64,000 nucleotides of DNA from Hydrolagus colliei (lineage: Eukaryota), in contig CM068754.1 of assembly GCA_035084275.1 (NCBI GenBank), positions 12,152,001 through 12,216,000 on the forward strand, written 5' to 3'. Positions within the stretch are counted from its first letter, which is position 1; each line of letters begins with the position of its first letter. Shown piece by piece: positions 12,961 through 27,304 of the stretch. The notes below the pieces were generated by a model that did no database searches, was not told the origin of the DNA, and saw nothing but the letters and a program-made list of their open reading frames with translations. A program made the position numbers and the translations under genes.

Positions 12961-15900
12961 CTGCAACAGTCGGTGTGTTCTGGAGAGGAACGAAGAAGAT
13001 TGACAAAAAAGTATGGATTAACTGTAATAGCATTCTGCTACTCCTTTCCAGATTGGTTACAGCTACTGAAGACGAGGCAACAGTTGTCATTGGATGGGGT
13101 TATATGGAATCTAGGCAAACTGGTTGCCTGAGACAACAAACAGTTTATGAACATGAACATGTTGCTATTAGACTGCTCAGCATCGAACATTTAAAAAAAC
13201 AGTTGCGAGCTGGTTATGATCTTGATGGCATTTACTGACAAACTAATGCTGTTGTTAAATGAGTGTCAAAAATAATCCTACAGCCAAGGACCATGCAATG
13301 GAAATCAAAACAACAAAATTAATTATTGATGAATATAGTGTACTCCAATGTATGCCAGAATGTGTTTATAAGCTAACTTGTAAAACAAATGGAACATTCC
13401 ATATTAACTCCACATTACACAAGTCCTTTCACTTACTTGAACAGACTTCAAAAGGATCCATTCAGCGTGCAGGATGTTTTTACTTCTGAATTCGTGTTAT
13501 TAGGATGAAGCACATCAGTCCAGTGATTTAACATTTTCCACTGCTTCAGTTTCAGCCTGAATCACTACCAAATCAGGTGTATGTATGTGTAACTTGGGTT
13601 ATACACATGATAAATCTTCCCCTAACTGCTTCAGAAATGTACCTGCTCTATGGTGATCCAACACTGTACTGTTATGCAACAATGGAAAAACCTGTATAAT
13701 ATTTAAGTAAATAACAATCAACTTATCAGCGGTTAGAGTAGTTTGGAACACTGGCCCCAGTTTCTGGTTGCTAAGCTGATTTTGCACTTTCACACAGAAC
13801 ACTTAAGTTCTCTCAGCAGTGCTGTTTATAAAGATACAGAGCACTGATATTCCACAAATGTTTGCTATGTTAATATATTTATACCATTTAAACCATTTCA
13901 TTGCATAGAATTTGCTGTAGATTAATTTCCAAATGCTTATTTGCACAGCACAGCTGCACATTTGCACTTAGTTACTTTCTACAGTGGATTAGACCTGAAG
14001 GTCTATCATACAAGTGTTGTTAAGCTAAAAATAACAATCTTACATCTATCTTTATAAACTATTTTCCCTCTATGAAGAGGTGGTGAAAAGATTGTTACTT
14101 TTGGAAATCATGGCATGATAAACTTTGCTGTTGCTGTATGTCACATCTAAGGCCAAATTTAAACTGATGGCTTGGAAGTCTCTTCCATTGGGACATCCTC
14201 CCGACGTGAAAGGTGCTCTATAAATGTAATTTTGTTGTTGTTGTTCCATTTGGTGTCTCAATCTATTTCCTTGGTGATGCAATGGCTCACAGTCTAAAAA
14301 TGACCTACGTTTTGCACGAAATAGACAATCTTACTCACAGGCCATAGGATAACAAATGAAGCAAGTGAAAAAAATGTCATGACCTTGTTAGGTTGACTTG
14401 AGGCAAATTGAAAGAGTTTTACCTCTGAATCTGACCGTGTTGTGCCTCACTTGAGAGTTCTTGATGCTGACATTGGCTGAATTGGAAACATGTCTTCTCT
14501 CACAAGCACAATTAAAATAAAATTTGGATTAGCCCAGCACCTAACACATGCAGAAACCATGCGTAAAAGCAGCCAAACCAAGCTGAGGTTTCCAAGCATC
14601 CAACCTACACATGGATTTCCATTTATGTTGCAAAAAATATTTATCAAAACAAATAGATGAGTTTGCCTCCTGTCCTGCAGAACACAAATTAAAATCTGTA
14701 TTCATCTGACAGATGATAGAACAATCAATTTTGCACGGCAAATGGAAAACAGAGAAATGAATGAATTCAGACTTAAAATATTTGCTTTCACCACTTTATT
14801 ACAATATTTAACAAATGGTTCACAGATTATTCTTGAAGGTCAACCATGTGTCTAAACATAAATGGAAACCTCTCACCGTGTTTACGAGTGTACAAACCAC
14901 GTAGAAATTTGCACACAATCACGCCAGCTAAGCATGACATGGCAATATCCCTAAATCTTGAACAATCTCTTCCTAGAGCACTCACCCTGGTTATCTAATT
15001 CTGAAAATTATTCAATCGAGATTGCCAGGAGTAAAGGCTTCAGGGCCCCAGAGAGTGCCTTGGGAATATTGCTGGAATTTAACCAACTAAGATGGCATAG
15101 CTTGCCATTGCAAACACTGTTCTGGCAAGCTTCCCACTGCTTGTCCAAGTAGGATCACTTTACTTGTTAGGCTTTGGCTTCTAGTGTTAACAGGAGCCAA
15201 ATGGGAAGACTTCTTGCCTCCAGTGACTGGTATGCCTCTGCATGTCCTGTAGTTGAGTCTGGTGTGTCTTGTCTTTCAGCAATAGTAAATTGGAAAACTG
15301 TAGACTTGACAGGTCCAGAAACTAGATGAGCAAGGCAACCACAGTTGATGGACTCAATTCTGATATTCTGTTGCTAGGGACAATTATTTTTAAACCAACT
15401 CATACCCAAGAAAACTCTGCCAGGGTAGTTACTAGTTCATCCTTGGACATCCCACAAGTACTGATTTGAGCCCTCACTTGGTGGGGAATCACCAAGAGTC
15501 AAGTTAGAAGTTCCTGGTACCTGCTATCTATCTACCAAATACTGCAGGTATATTTTTACTTAGTGATTATTATGCAAAACTGATTCCCCAATTTATTTCA
15601 TTGGATTTGATATAATTCCACATGAGTCAGAATTAATGCAATTTAAGGTGTTCTGATGACAGGTACTTAAAGGAACTTGGCCAACATTAATTTGCAAATG
15701 CCAGGATATTAACGAAAAAGTCACTCTGTTTTTATTCACTGACTATTTTCCACTTTTAACTTTTAATGAATTACCAGCCCAGCTCTATCATGCAGTTTAG
15801 CTGGAGGCAGTTGGTACACAGAAACATTGTGTGGAACACAGATTCTTTCCACTAGTTCATTATATTTTTGCATTCTCTTACATTTTAACTGTGCCAATTG

Positions 15901-16531
15901 TTGTGCTGCTTCCAAACAAAGTGAGAGAGAGAGATTTAATGTGTAACTTCACTGTAGGAGCCATAGTGGTTGATTTCAAGTGGAACTCAGTCAGAAGCCT
16001 AGAAAAATGTTCCTTTCCCTGTTTTGGCTGAGAATGACATATCATGAGGGGAAAGTAGCACGAGAAAACATTGATTCAGCAAATATATACAATTTTTGGC
16101 AAATGTTTTCGGGATAAATGCACCCATATTTCTGTCCGCATAGCACTGACAACTCCAGAACCCAAATCGCTCTTGTTAAACTTAGCTACTGAATCCATAG
16201 GAAGGATTTATACGCAAATAATGTAATACGACATTTTAGATGTTCCAGTCATGCGCCCTTTGTATTTAATAACTTGATTTGTAAAGTAGAAACTTTGACG
16301 CTCAACTGTCCAAAAACTTCAAAATCATTTTTTTTTGAGAAAATCAAAATCATTGAGATTTACAAACCGAGATTTAACAAGAAATGTATTAATCGTGGGT
16401 GTCATATGATGAAGTAACTTTAAAAAAATGAAACAGCAGTATTTTAGGAGAAATCGAATAATTATCTGGGTGCATTCATTTCTGTCGTCCTACGCAACCT
16501 TAAGAATACGTTTTCAAAAAAATCATCTAAT

Positions 16532-16835
16532 TCCCGTAGCTCAGTGGTTACAGCACTCGCCTTGCAAGCGAGAGACGTGGAGTGAATTTCAGGCAGGGGA
16601 AAATCTTGGGCAACTTTCCTTACACCACACGCCTGATAATAATCCCTCAAAAGAATAATAAATTGGTCATCTCAATCCGACTGTTTGTGAGACACTGCTG
16701 TGCGAATAGGTTGCTGCGTTTCGCCCACAAAATATACCATCAATTCACTTTACAGTATAATCTGTGAAGCACTTTGAAACGACTAGAAGATGTGAAAGCG
16801 CTATATCAAATGCAAGGATTATTATTATTATTATT
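16532..16835 (+). mobile_element. Full-length tRNA(Ala-like)-derived SINE
   Basis: gtagctcagtggttacagcactcgccttgcaagcgaga head, gcctgataataatccctc body, L2-like stem-loop tail and (tta)n. Confidence 0.92.
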
Positions 16836-17486
16836 TAAAAAGGCGAATGTACAATAGAGATAGGAAGGGTAGTGAGTGAGTGAGTGACCAATGTTTAAAA
16901 TAAACTGACACTGCTATTTTATGAGGAAGGAAAGTTAGAGAATTTGTTTACTGAGAGTTACTATTCATATAAAAATGGAAATGCTTAGAGGAAGCTAATA
17001 GTTCTAATTTAGGATCATTTTTCCATCAATTTAATGAGAACCTTTCCAATGTTTAAGATGAGCAGAATCATTTGGAGAGGAGTGTTGCTCAGAGAGAATA
17101 ACAATAGCTAACATCGCAGATCTGTGCGAAAGGCTTATCTAGCATTACATGAAGGGCTTTTTACGTTCAGCACCTCGGCAAACAAAATTCTCACTAAGAA
17201 ATATTAACTTCCTCTTGTGGTACAAGTCTCTATGACCTTCTGTATTGTTTATGCAGCATCATTTCATAACGTGATTCTTCCTTGATGTTATGTCAAAGTG
17301 AGTTGTCTAAACTCATTTCACCTTTGAATATCATCACCAGCCATCATAACACAACATCAGCATAAATATTCGTCGATTCTCTGGCAAGCAGTCACTCACT
17401 CTCCTGGTGATATCTCTTGAATCCCAGGAAAATCTGCCAGGTTACTTTTCTATATATTTTTAATTAAATGACTTCAAAATAAAGAC

Positions 17487-17489
<3 letters not shown>

Positions 17490-17527
<38 letters not shown>
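17490..17527. repeat. (TA)n microsatellite
   Basis: Seen directly. Confidence 0.95.
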
Positions 17528-17530
<3 letters not shown>

Positions 17531-20500
17531 TACATATAGTCACATTTGTGACTTAGAAAATGTTCTACCAACAAATCAAATGAAAATGATACATCAGATA
17601 AAAGGAGTTAGTTAACATATTTCCAATATATATATAGATATATATAGGCTATATTAGCCACATGATAATATCCTGTTTTTAATGTTGCAGTCAGCTTGCA
17701 GTTCTCAAGTCCCCCCCGGGTGACCGTTGCCTGGAATGTATCTTTGCCATAATCCATCCTTTTGATGCAACATGGAAACAGACACACGCACAGATGCAAA
17801 GTCCTTTCTAAATCAGGACTCCACAACTTATTTTTTCCCTATTGCTCCAAACCTTTCCCTGAACCCCACCCACCCCGCATCCCCCATCCACCCCAATCAG
17901 GGAAAAGTTCACACAGATCAGCAGCAATGTCAAAACCAGAGCAATGGTGGACATAATTTTTTTTTAGCAACAAGCGTTTCGCTTGCCTCTCGTGTTAAGG
18001 ATGAAGAGCTGTCAAAGGCAGTTAGCTGGCAATGTTGTCACTAAAAAGACCAGGCTACCATCCATCGGAAACCGTTCTATAAGCTAAATGGGGGGAAGGA
18101 TATGAGGCAACTTGCTTAACCAGTGACTGAAGGAGAAGGGCTGGGTGTGTTTACATTGTTCATGAGTTGGTTCATTAATAAAATGTAATCATATCCCAAC
18201 CCTCACCCACCCGCCAGCTCTCGGCCAATGCACTCGCTGTACGTTCTGCATGTTGTGGCATTGAACTATCTCGATACTGCTCTACAATTGCAATGCTTTG
18301 GACGGGGAATGGGGGAGAAAATCCTAAGGAAATTAGATAGGGGTGGTGGGGTGGGGGGTGGGCGGGTGTGGGGGGGAGAGAAAAATATATGATGGTATAA
18401 ATCATTAAACAAAAATGATACATAAAGCTGGGAGGTTAATTCTGAAATAAATCACCAAAAGTAAAATCATGCAGTTTTAACGACTTTATTGGTCGTTTCT
18501 CTTCCCCCCCCACCCCACCATCCCCTCCACCTTGCAATTTACTCACTTAATGTTGCTCTGAGGAGCGGTAAATTATAACCTTGCTGGGTGTGGTGTGCGA
18601 CTGATCTGTTAGGCTTTACAAAATGGTTGTCCCACATCATGTTGAGCAATGATTACAATCAACCCAATTTTAGTCAAGTAATAAATAATACAGCTGCAAT
18701 CGTTACACAGAGTCGCAGAGTTTCAAATGATGCGAATTACCCACGCGATTCTCGGTTCCTTTAATCTCGCTTTATTTTTCCTGGTGATGTGTTGTGTTTT
18801 CATTATTCCACAGGGCCATGGATTTATACATAATAAAAAAAACATTTCGTAATAGCATTCGTACTGCAAGCTTAAGGACAAAAATCATAGCAGCAATGGT
18901 ATGATTTGAATTATTTGACTAGTTTAACCATACTTTGTTACAAATATACAAACAAGGATTATTATATATTGATATTATATAAATATCTGCCCTCTGCACT
19001 TTGAATATATCAAAATACTAAACCACTTCATAGGAAAATAAATGTTTAAATTATAAAATCAAAAGATAAGTTAAATACCTGTATGTCAAGCGACTGAACT
19101 GGAATCTATAAACTCATCAAAAATGCAATAAAATTAACTATTGTATTTAGGGATATGTGATCACGGTTTGTCCTCAAATGTATACACAGTATTCTCAACA
19201 AAAACTGCTGTAAAATATATTAACTATTGAGAAACTGAACCAAATGTTTGTTGTTAAATAGACATTTAATTAGAACACTTAAGAGCACGTTTCTTTACAG
19301 GTATACTCAACGCCTCCTCAAACTGTAACAAAAGCTTTGAATACGATTCTTTTTCAATAAATTTTCAACGATAAAATGTTTGTTTGGTAAGTTTTTTTTA
19401 AAAAAAACACACCGAATTATATATTTTCTTTTACATAACACAATCTCAGAAACCTCAATTTATGTATCTAATGAACGACAAAACAGGTGTATTCTAACTA
19501 TTTATTATAAAATATCAACAATTTCCTTTTTGCATGAACCAGGTTCACTTTCACCTCTGTGAGTTACATAACTGAAATCATTGCTTTTTGTAAAGTAATT
19601 GGAGTATTCCGGAATGGAATCAAAATTCGGCTTTAATAAATCGAGATGGGTTAATTTACTTGTTATAATAAATTTATTAAAATATATTATAAATATATAT
19701 TATATATTGTATGTGTGTGTGTGTGTGTTTTGGGTAACAAATTGAATATATCGTGCCAGTAAATTAGTTATAATTATTCTTATGTAGTGTTTACCTGTAT
19801 GTGAAAGTGAAAGTTAACGTTAATCAGTTTTATTATTTTGCAGTCTTTGTGGCACAAATATAATTGTTTATCAATCTTAGCGTCGTCTTCTATTCTAGCA
19901 AAGTGCTCTGAAGCTAATTTAGTTACTTGATAAATATTTTGACATTTGTTACAAACTTCCTCACACCTGAAATAAAGAGGGAGGGTTACTTTAGTCTATA
20001 TGTGGTCTATAAGTGAACTATATAAATTAGTTTATGGCGAAACTTTCTGCCGCTGTTTAATCAAAGAATTGCTGAGCCCCAAATAACTAGTTTACGCAAT
20101 AAATATTGTTCCTATATTATATACTATATTATATTACAGTTACCAACGGAAATAATAGCAGATTGCATGCCTGAATTTTGTTTTGGAGAGAACTATAGAC
20201 AAATTATTGTTTAGAATATTTTCCCAGCTGAAACACAACACTTCTTTAGACTCCTTCGTTCACTCTAAGCTTTTCGCCAAACCCAGCCAACATAAACGGT
20301 TTCTGGAACCAAATTACTTTTTGTCGCCTCATAATTCTTTCCACTAGTCCGTAAATAGATTTCTGTGGGCTTTCTTTTGCAATATATTCCACCACTTATG
20401 CAGATGTTGCGGGGGGAACGCTTCCAAAAAGTTTCAACCAGGTACCAGAGAGATGTATTGGTTGAAATTATGGAACAATTAGGCGGCGGAGAATATAAAA

Positions 20501-23129
20501 CGCGACCTGAGCAACATAACAGCAATGAATTCGAAACGCACTGTGGATAAACATCACGTAAATCATGCCATGTTTGAAATAAATATTATTTTTTTAAATT
20601 GCCAGACTCGTAAAAGCAGATCAGCCGCGTTCAATGTTTGGATAGTCCCAAATTTCGCTCACTTTCTTCGGCGGTGTAAAGTTATAAGATGTGCAAATGT
20701 GTACACAAATTCGATTGGAAACAATTATTTTCCATAATTAAGCAGCAGATAATCGGCAGAACATAGAAATGGAAATGTTTCACTCATTATGAAAGTTATG
20801 TCATCTAATTACACGTAATTGCACATTGTGGCAGAATTTTCACCTGTCTCTTGCCATCCTTTGTATGATTAGTTAGCACGCGTGCAAAGTTTATTTTAAT
20901 CTGTAATTTTCTTTAATAAGAGAATTATTAAGATAATTTTTCTGTATTAAGAGAATTTGCTGTGAGAATAATGCTGGAATATTATTCTTAAATTAGTATC
21001 ATTACTTACAGTGACCGATTATATGGACCTAAATAATTTGCATTAAATCGATGCGTTCGTTATTTTACTGTAGGGGATTATTTTTGTTTCATTCTTCTTC
21101 TTTTTCTATCTATAAGCTAATTACGTGTCATTAAAACATATATTTACATACACACTGTAATAAATAGTGTATGTCCCGATACAGTGTAGGCATTAATATT
21201 GATAGAAATTTTTATTTTAGGCATGTGTTTCGGAAGCCCACTATTACAGATCACTAAGCAATTACTATTATTCCGGACTGTGGTGATATATTTACTATTC
21301 GTTTTTCCTGCAGAGTTTTGGAAATTGTTTTATGTGGCTCGGTTCATTGTTGATTGTGATAAATAATTATGACCTGGCTTTTAAAACTTGACCTTAATTC
21401 CCACTCGGGATTTGAAAAAAAAAGGCCAAACGTAGCAAAGTGATTTCTACACAATATCTCACGTCATTTTTGTTTATCAAATCCAGAGGATGCAACTCAA
21501 TAATGTACTGTTTGTAAAACTATACCAGCGGCGGAATAGGGCTGAGTTCAAACAATTCTGGAAGTGCTTAATCAATGTAGTAGTTTTTAAACAAGACGAA
21601 TATATTCACCCTCTAAAATTACTCCAAAAAGTTGGACATTGACTATTGCAGTTTTTTTGTATGAAGGAGGAAGGATTCACTCACGGCGATTGAAATTAAC
21701 AGCGAAATTAAAGTGTGTTTTTAAAAAAAAATCAAATATATGATTCGATAACCTACAAGAAAACGAATCATTTGCGAAATACTATATTTTATTTGATACA
21801 ACCGTGGCATTAAATCCACTGTCTACGAAGGCGCGCATAATTTATGAGGGAATTGAAATATGTCGCTACTTTCTGAACATGATAAGTGTTTTAATTTTCA
21901 GACATCTAATCACATCTATTAGATAAATAGATAAAAAATCCCTTAAACGGCCTGATCCGTTCATATTACGGGAAAATATTCATTTACACCCAACAGCGCT
22001 GTGTACCTATGTTGCGTATTATCATTAGAGAGCTTGAGAGAGTGAAACACACACTGTAAACCGAAGCAACCCGTTTTCAATACAGAATGCATCATATTGT
22101 GATTAATTATTCAAAAAAAATGAGATATAATGACAATTAAAAATCCAGAAACACGTTATTATCCCACGAGCACTTTGGAGTATTTATAATGATTGGTGGA
22201 GGGCCTCTTGGCTGGCAGACAGCACACAGACGCTGTTATGAGTTTGTGCAAACATTACCAGTTTTAATTCAAACCGATTCCCATCGTTGCAATAATGAAG
22301 CCATTGAGCGCAGTCCTGGCGAACAAAAGGATGTCAGTGGAATCAATAGGGATCGAGGAAAGAACCGTAACTGTTTATATAAGTAAATGTGATCAAACAC
22401 ACACCAAACACTGTAACACTCATCTAACTACCCCCGGCGCTGCGCTTTCTGTCTGCGGTTTGGTTTTTTAAAAATAATATAGTAACACTCAGAACCACAA
22501 ATGTGTTTTGCGCCATTTTAAGGAAGAACTGACGAGTTAAACACCGTCTGTGAATGAAGTGTCCGAGAAGCTGCAGTGCACACAGGTTAATGGGAACCTG
22601 TTAATGGGAACGCGGTGAATTGGTTTCAGCGGTGAATCGTGTGTTGTATTATATTGTATTGTGTGCGCCGTTTGCTGAACAGGATAAAGCAGACTTTCCG
22701 GTTGCCTCCTCCAGGTGTTCCTTATAAAGAGGCTGCCATTGTGTGTCAAGTTGACAGTAAATTAGTGGGAGCTTCATTGAACCATGTTCTAAATATAAGA
22801 TATTGGTCACGTCTTAGAGCAATATAGATGTCAATATAATATGTTCTCGATATACATACAGTACATATCATTCTTCAGATGTGAAATGGAAGTCATTTGA
22901 CAGGGATGGGATGGGAGGGAAGGGGGGGAGGGGGGGGGTGGTGCAGATAGGTTGCACATATTGTGTTGATACCAGGGGAAGGGGGGGTCGGCAGTGATGT
23001 AAGATGAGCTGTATATACTGTGCCCAAGTCACTTGGATTCGGCGTTTCCCCCTGAGGTGTGAGACCACCTGGAGGATGTAGTCTCACACGGCTTCCGCTC
23101 GGGACCCCATGCCATGCAACAGCACAAAG

Positions 23130-23423
23130 AAACACTCACATACACACACATACACTCATATACGCTCACACACTCACACACTCACGTACACATACACTCA
23201 CACACTCAAGTACACATGCACTCACACACACTCATACATATACATACACACAAATACACATTCACATACACACGTACATACACTCATACGTACACGTGTA
23301 CACTCACACACACATACATATAGACTCTCACTCACATACACACACATAGACAGACTCACACTCACATACACACACACATAGACTCACACACACACACTCA
23401 CTCACATACACACTCACATACAC
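23130..23423. repeat. Imperfect (CA)n / CACT / CATA low-complexity tract
   Basis: Seen directly; it produces the spurious His/Thr-rich ORFs. Confidence 0.95.
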
Positions 23424-26400
23424 GTTCAAAAATAAACCCTTACTGGAAATAAAAACAACTCGAAATTGACTGTATAACCCGCGTTTCTCAGTCGTGTCAA
23501 GGACCCGAGCATCACTGTCGCAGATATGGAAGGAGAGGTTTATATTTTGTTATTCTGCACGAGGTGACATGTCAGAAATGGCTGTGATTTCTTAAGTCGC
23601 TCACAGAGGCCTTAGCTGTGAGAGCAGCCCTAGCCACCCAGCTTCTCCTTCAACAACCTTCAGCCCTCGTTCATTCCAAATATATTTAATAATACTCGTC
23701 TTTCTTCGGTTAAGATCTTTATAACCCGCACCAGCGTTAAGATGCCAGCTAATGCGGATGGGTACAGATTCGCAGAGAAAGCACACCGGATCGACTGGGA
23801 TGGCTTCGAATGTATTATTTATCCGACAAATCATAACGTCGCCTTACATTTTTAATGTGTCTTGCATGTAAATAACAGCCCCTTTCCCCCGTATTCTGTC
23901 ATTTCCAAATGTTGCCGATGATGAGGTTATTTTAGCCTGAAAATTAATTTTGCAAAAATAATAACAGCAATAGTAATAAACACAGAGCATTACGGATGGA
24001 GTTGACAGAATGCCTGGGTGCCATAATCTATATATAGATTGGCAGTAATTATTTCATATGGAGGCGGCTGATATTCGTAAAGAATGGAAAATCAATACTT
24101 TTCGACTAGACTGCGCTTTCCCTTTTACGTAATTCGAACATCTCCCCCCCCACACCCCCCTTTTCTACTTCTGTCCTAAGAGGGCAATTAAAGAAACAAA
24201 CGGTTTTGTGAGATTAGCTGACTCCTGCTTTGCATATTAATGCGATGGCAAGTGGCTACAAATAGCGCACTTTCTAATTACTGGAGCTGTTTTGAATCTC
24301 AGCCGCTGATTTCTGAGGATTAGACCCCTGTGGTTGAAAACAGCCTCACTGAGACAAAAAAAACACACCAAACAAGCAATTAGACCGCGGTCTTAAAGAA
24401 TTCTTGAAGAAAACAATATTAATTTCCGCGTTACTTTTCAGCTACAAGAGACAGCAAAAATAGAAATCGCAGTTATGTAACGATACAAACAGCATACCAT
24501 TGTACAAATGTCAATTCCATATGAAGATGGCACTCCCATCAAGGCGGACAAGTGAAGCGAAATGAACTTTCAACGCTCATGAAATCATATTGACCAATAA
24601 GCCTTTAATATATTATATATACACTATAAATATATATTCCTGTCAGTAACTTTTATGCCAGTCCTTTAAATAATTTCGTATGGAAGATTAATACAAACAC
24701 GATCTCAAAAAGATGTCCTGGCGCCTCTCAAAAGAATTATATTGGAATAAATGCCTCGAAATATGAATCACAATTCACTCTTCACTGGTATATATTCGCA
24801 CGGAATACAGTATATATATTTATATACACACATCAGTGTGATCCATTGCCATGATAATCAATCATATTCAAAGCTTGCACGATTTGCTGATTGCTGTATC
24901 TCAGTAAACGTTATTGCAGCATTCAGACTTCAATCGGTGTGATTTTACAAGTATTATTCTGGTTGTTACAGAACGTTATGTTCCAATGGAAACCTGCAGG
25001 GCACACACAGGGTTAATTACAGGCACCGAGCTACTCTGGTTGGGTAGGTTTTTGTTGGGCGAACTGGTGTGTGTTTCGTTTCAAAGAGATTAGAGCAGGA
25101 ATCGACTCATCCATTTTTTTTCTTGCTTGCTTGCAATCTGGTGGGATTTGATCGATGGGGGTGGTGGTGGGAGGTGGTGGGGTGGGGGGGGGGTAAGAAT
25201 ATTTTCTCCGCTTTGAATATTTTTACATCGAGAAACAGGATTTTTCACTTGGCGTCGGCCGGTGTGTTGACACCGCGTTTGTGTTCAGCTGTTGGGAATG
25301 TAATTCCCCCCCACCCCCTCATTTTAAGGTTCGGTAAATCAAGGGAAACCCACATGAATAAGTCTAAGGCGTTGGCTTTGTATAGCAACCCCCACCTCCC
25401 TGCTGGTGACTCAGATCTGTGCTCGAAACCTGACCTGGACTCCTGCTGTCAAATGAGAATAGTAAAGAACGAAGGTCTCGAGTTTAACCCGTTCGGCACT
25501 GATTTATCGGGAAAGCAACGTTTCGAAAGAACACTTACCTCAAAAATAAGAATTGTAATATGATTTACAATATTTGATCCGGTTCTGCTATGTCTATTGA
25601 GGGTGGTATGAAAGTATGTTAGATTTGGATTAAATCTTACTGTTTTTTTACCCCAGCAAAAGATAGGGATCACTATATATTTACATATTATATGTATGTT
25701 AATACTAACGCTCATATACTATAAGGTTTCAGTTGACCCATTGCGTTTTTGCGCTCACTTGCTCCTAAAAGTGGCCATAATTTAATCTGCAGTCGCACTC
25801 CAGAACCCACTTCAAGGTAGTAGCTTTGCGATTCAAACATGTGAATGAGTGGCTGAAGTAGGATCCAGTTTTACTCCAGCAAACGACAAAAGGAATATTT
25901 CTGTGTTTTTTAAACATATATAAATAAAAAGGTTTTAAACGTAGGTGGTCCTTTGGACTGATATTTGTCTGTTTAGCGGTAGTCAGGCAATCGGATTTCT
26001 GTCTCTTTAATATTTTTTGAACTAAATACCTCCCGCAGTTAATCACCTACACAATGTTTTTAATCACGAATTCACATGAATCCTTACTTGAACTCAACCC
26101 ATAATGAAAGTAATTGTGAGTGAGTACTATTAGCGATGGATTGTCACTCAAAATGACTATTCTAGGCATTGCATCGAAGTGGGCCTGAAGTGTAACTGGA
26201 ATTAACCATAAGACACAATTACTGCTTCTTACTAGTCCTAAGCTACATTAAACTCCTGATAACTTTTTACTACCACTTAAGTCAGTATGCTGTCAACATC
26301 CTCGCTGCATTTATTTATGTACTTATACATATGCCTAACCTTCCACACCTGGTAACTCTTTACTAAACTATTTTCCCTTTAAGTGACTCACTGTTATGAA

Positions 26401-26440
26401 TATTGAATAATTAAAGTATATTAGCAACAGTCTAGATGTA

Positions 26441-26667
26441 CAAAACACAAATTACTACAGATGCTGGGAATCTGAAACAAAAACAGAAGTTGCTGGGGAA
26501 ACTCAGCAGGTCAGGCAGCATCCATGGAGAAAGGAAAAAGAGTCAACGTTTCAGGTCTGCAAGCTCCAGTTCTGATGAAGGGTTGTAGACCCGAAACATT
26601 CACTCTTTTTCCTTTCTCCATGGATGCTGCCTGACCTGCTGAGTTTCTCCAGCAACTTCTGGTTTTA
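26441..26667. mobile_element. Palindromic Penelope-like element remnant with a hammerhead-like core
   Basis: Inverted arms cagaagttgctgg..actcagcaggtcaggcagcatccatggagaaagg and cctttctccatggatgctgcctgacctgctgagt..ccagcaacttctg; the centre reads ctgatgaagggttgtagacccgaaac. Confidence 0.75.
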
Positions 26668-26981
26668 TTCCATATGTACATATTTGCATATGTCTGCATA
26701 AGATTAGAACAAGAGAAATATATTTGAAACTGTTAGCCTGATCTTTACATTCCTAATGAATATATCAACTGCCCAAATTCAACAATAACTTGCATTTCTT
26801 TAATACATGGAGTAGCAACTCAGAGTGCTTATCAATGGAGTAGTTTGATCTGAAGCCAGAGTAAATGGAAGCTGACCATAGGCATGGTCGAAGAGGAAGG
26901 TTTTCAATTGTAATCTGAACAATTCGACAACTAATAATTAATTCAATATTCATACTTTTGCAAGCATAGGATACAAATTGA

Positions 26982-27304
26982 GGAGTCCTGTAGCTCAATG
27001 GTTAGAGCACTCGCCTTGCTTGCAAGCAAGAGACCTGGTTTCAATTCCAGGCAGGGCGATACCTTGGGCAAGTTTTCTTACTCCACATGCCTGATAATAA
27101 TCCCTCAAGAAAAAAACACAATAATAAATTGATCACTTCATTCCATGATGGTTTGTGGGATACTTCTGTGTGCAATTGGCTGCTGCATTTCGCCCACAAA
27201 ATATACAGTCAATTCACTTTACAGTATATGCTGTGAAACAGTTTGAGATGTCTAGAAGCTGTGGAAAGTGTTATATCAAATGCAATGATTATTATTAGTA
27301 TTAT
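26982..27304 (+). mobile_element. Full-length tRNA-derived SINE
   Basis: A box tagctcaatgg, B-box-like gtttcaattcc, body and (tta)n tail. Confidence 0.92.

Noticed and set aside
16532-16605. tRNA-Ala(TGC)-like sequence (also near 26985, 10075-10148, 27455 and 48530-48600)
   Set aside because: These are SINE heads; most run directly into the SINE body and tail and lack a proper acceptor stem.
23059-23381. His/Thr-rich ORFs
   Set aside because: Translation of a CA-rich microsatellite.
25069-25563. 164-aa ORF
   Set aside because: GTG start, spans a G-rich low-complexity run, no recognisable homology.
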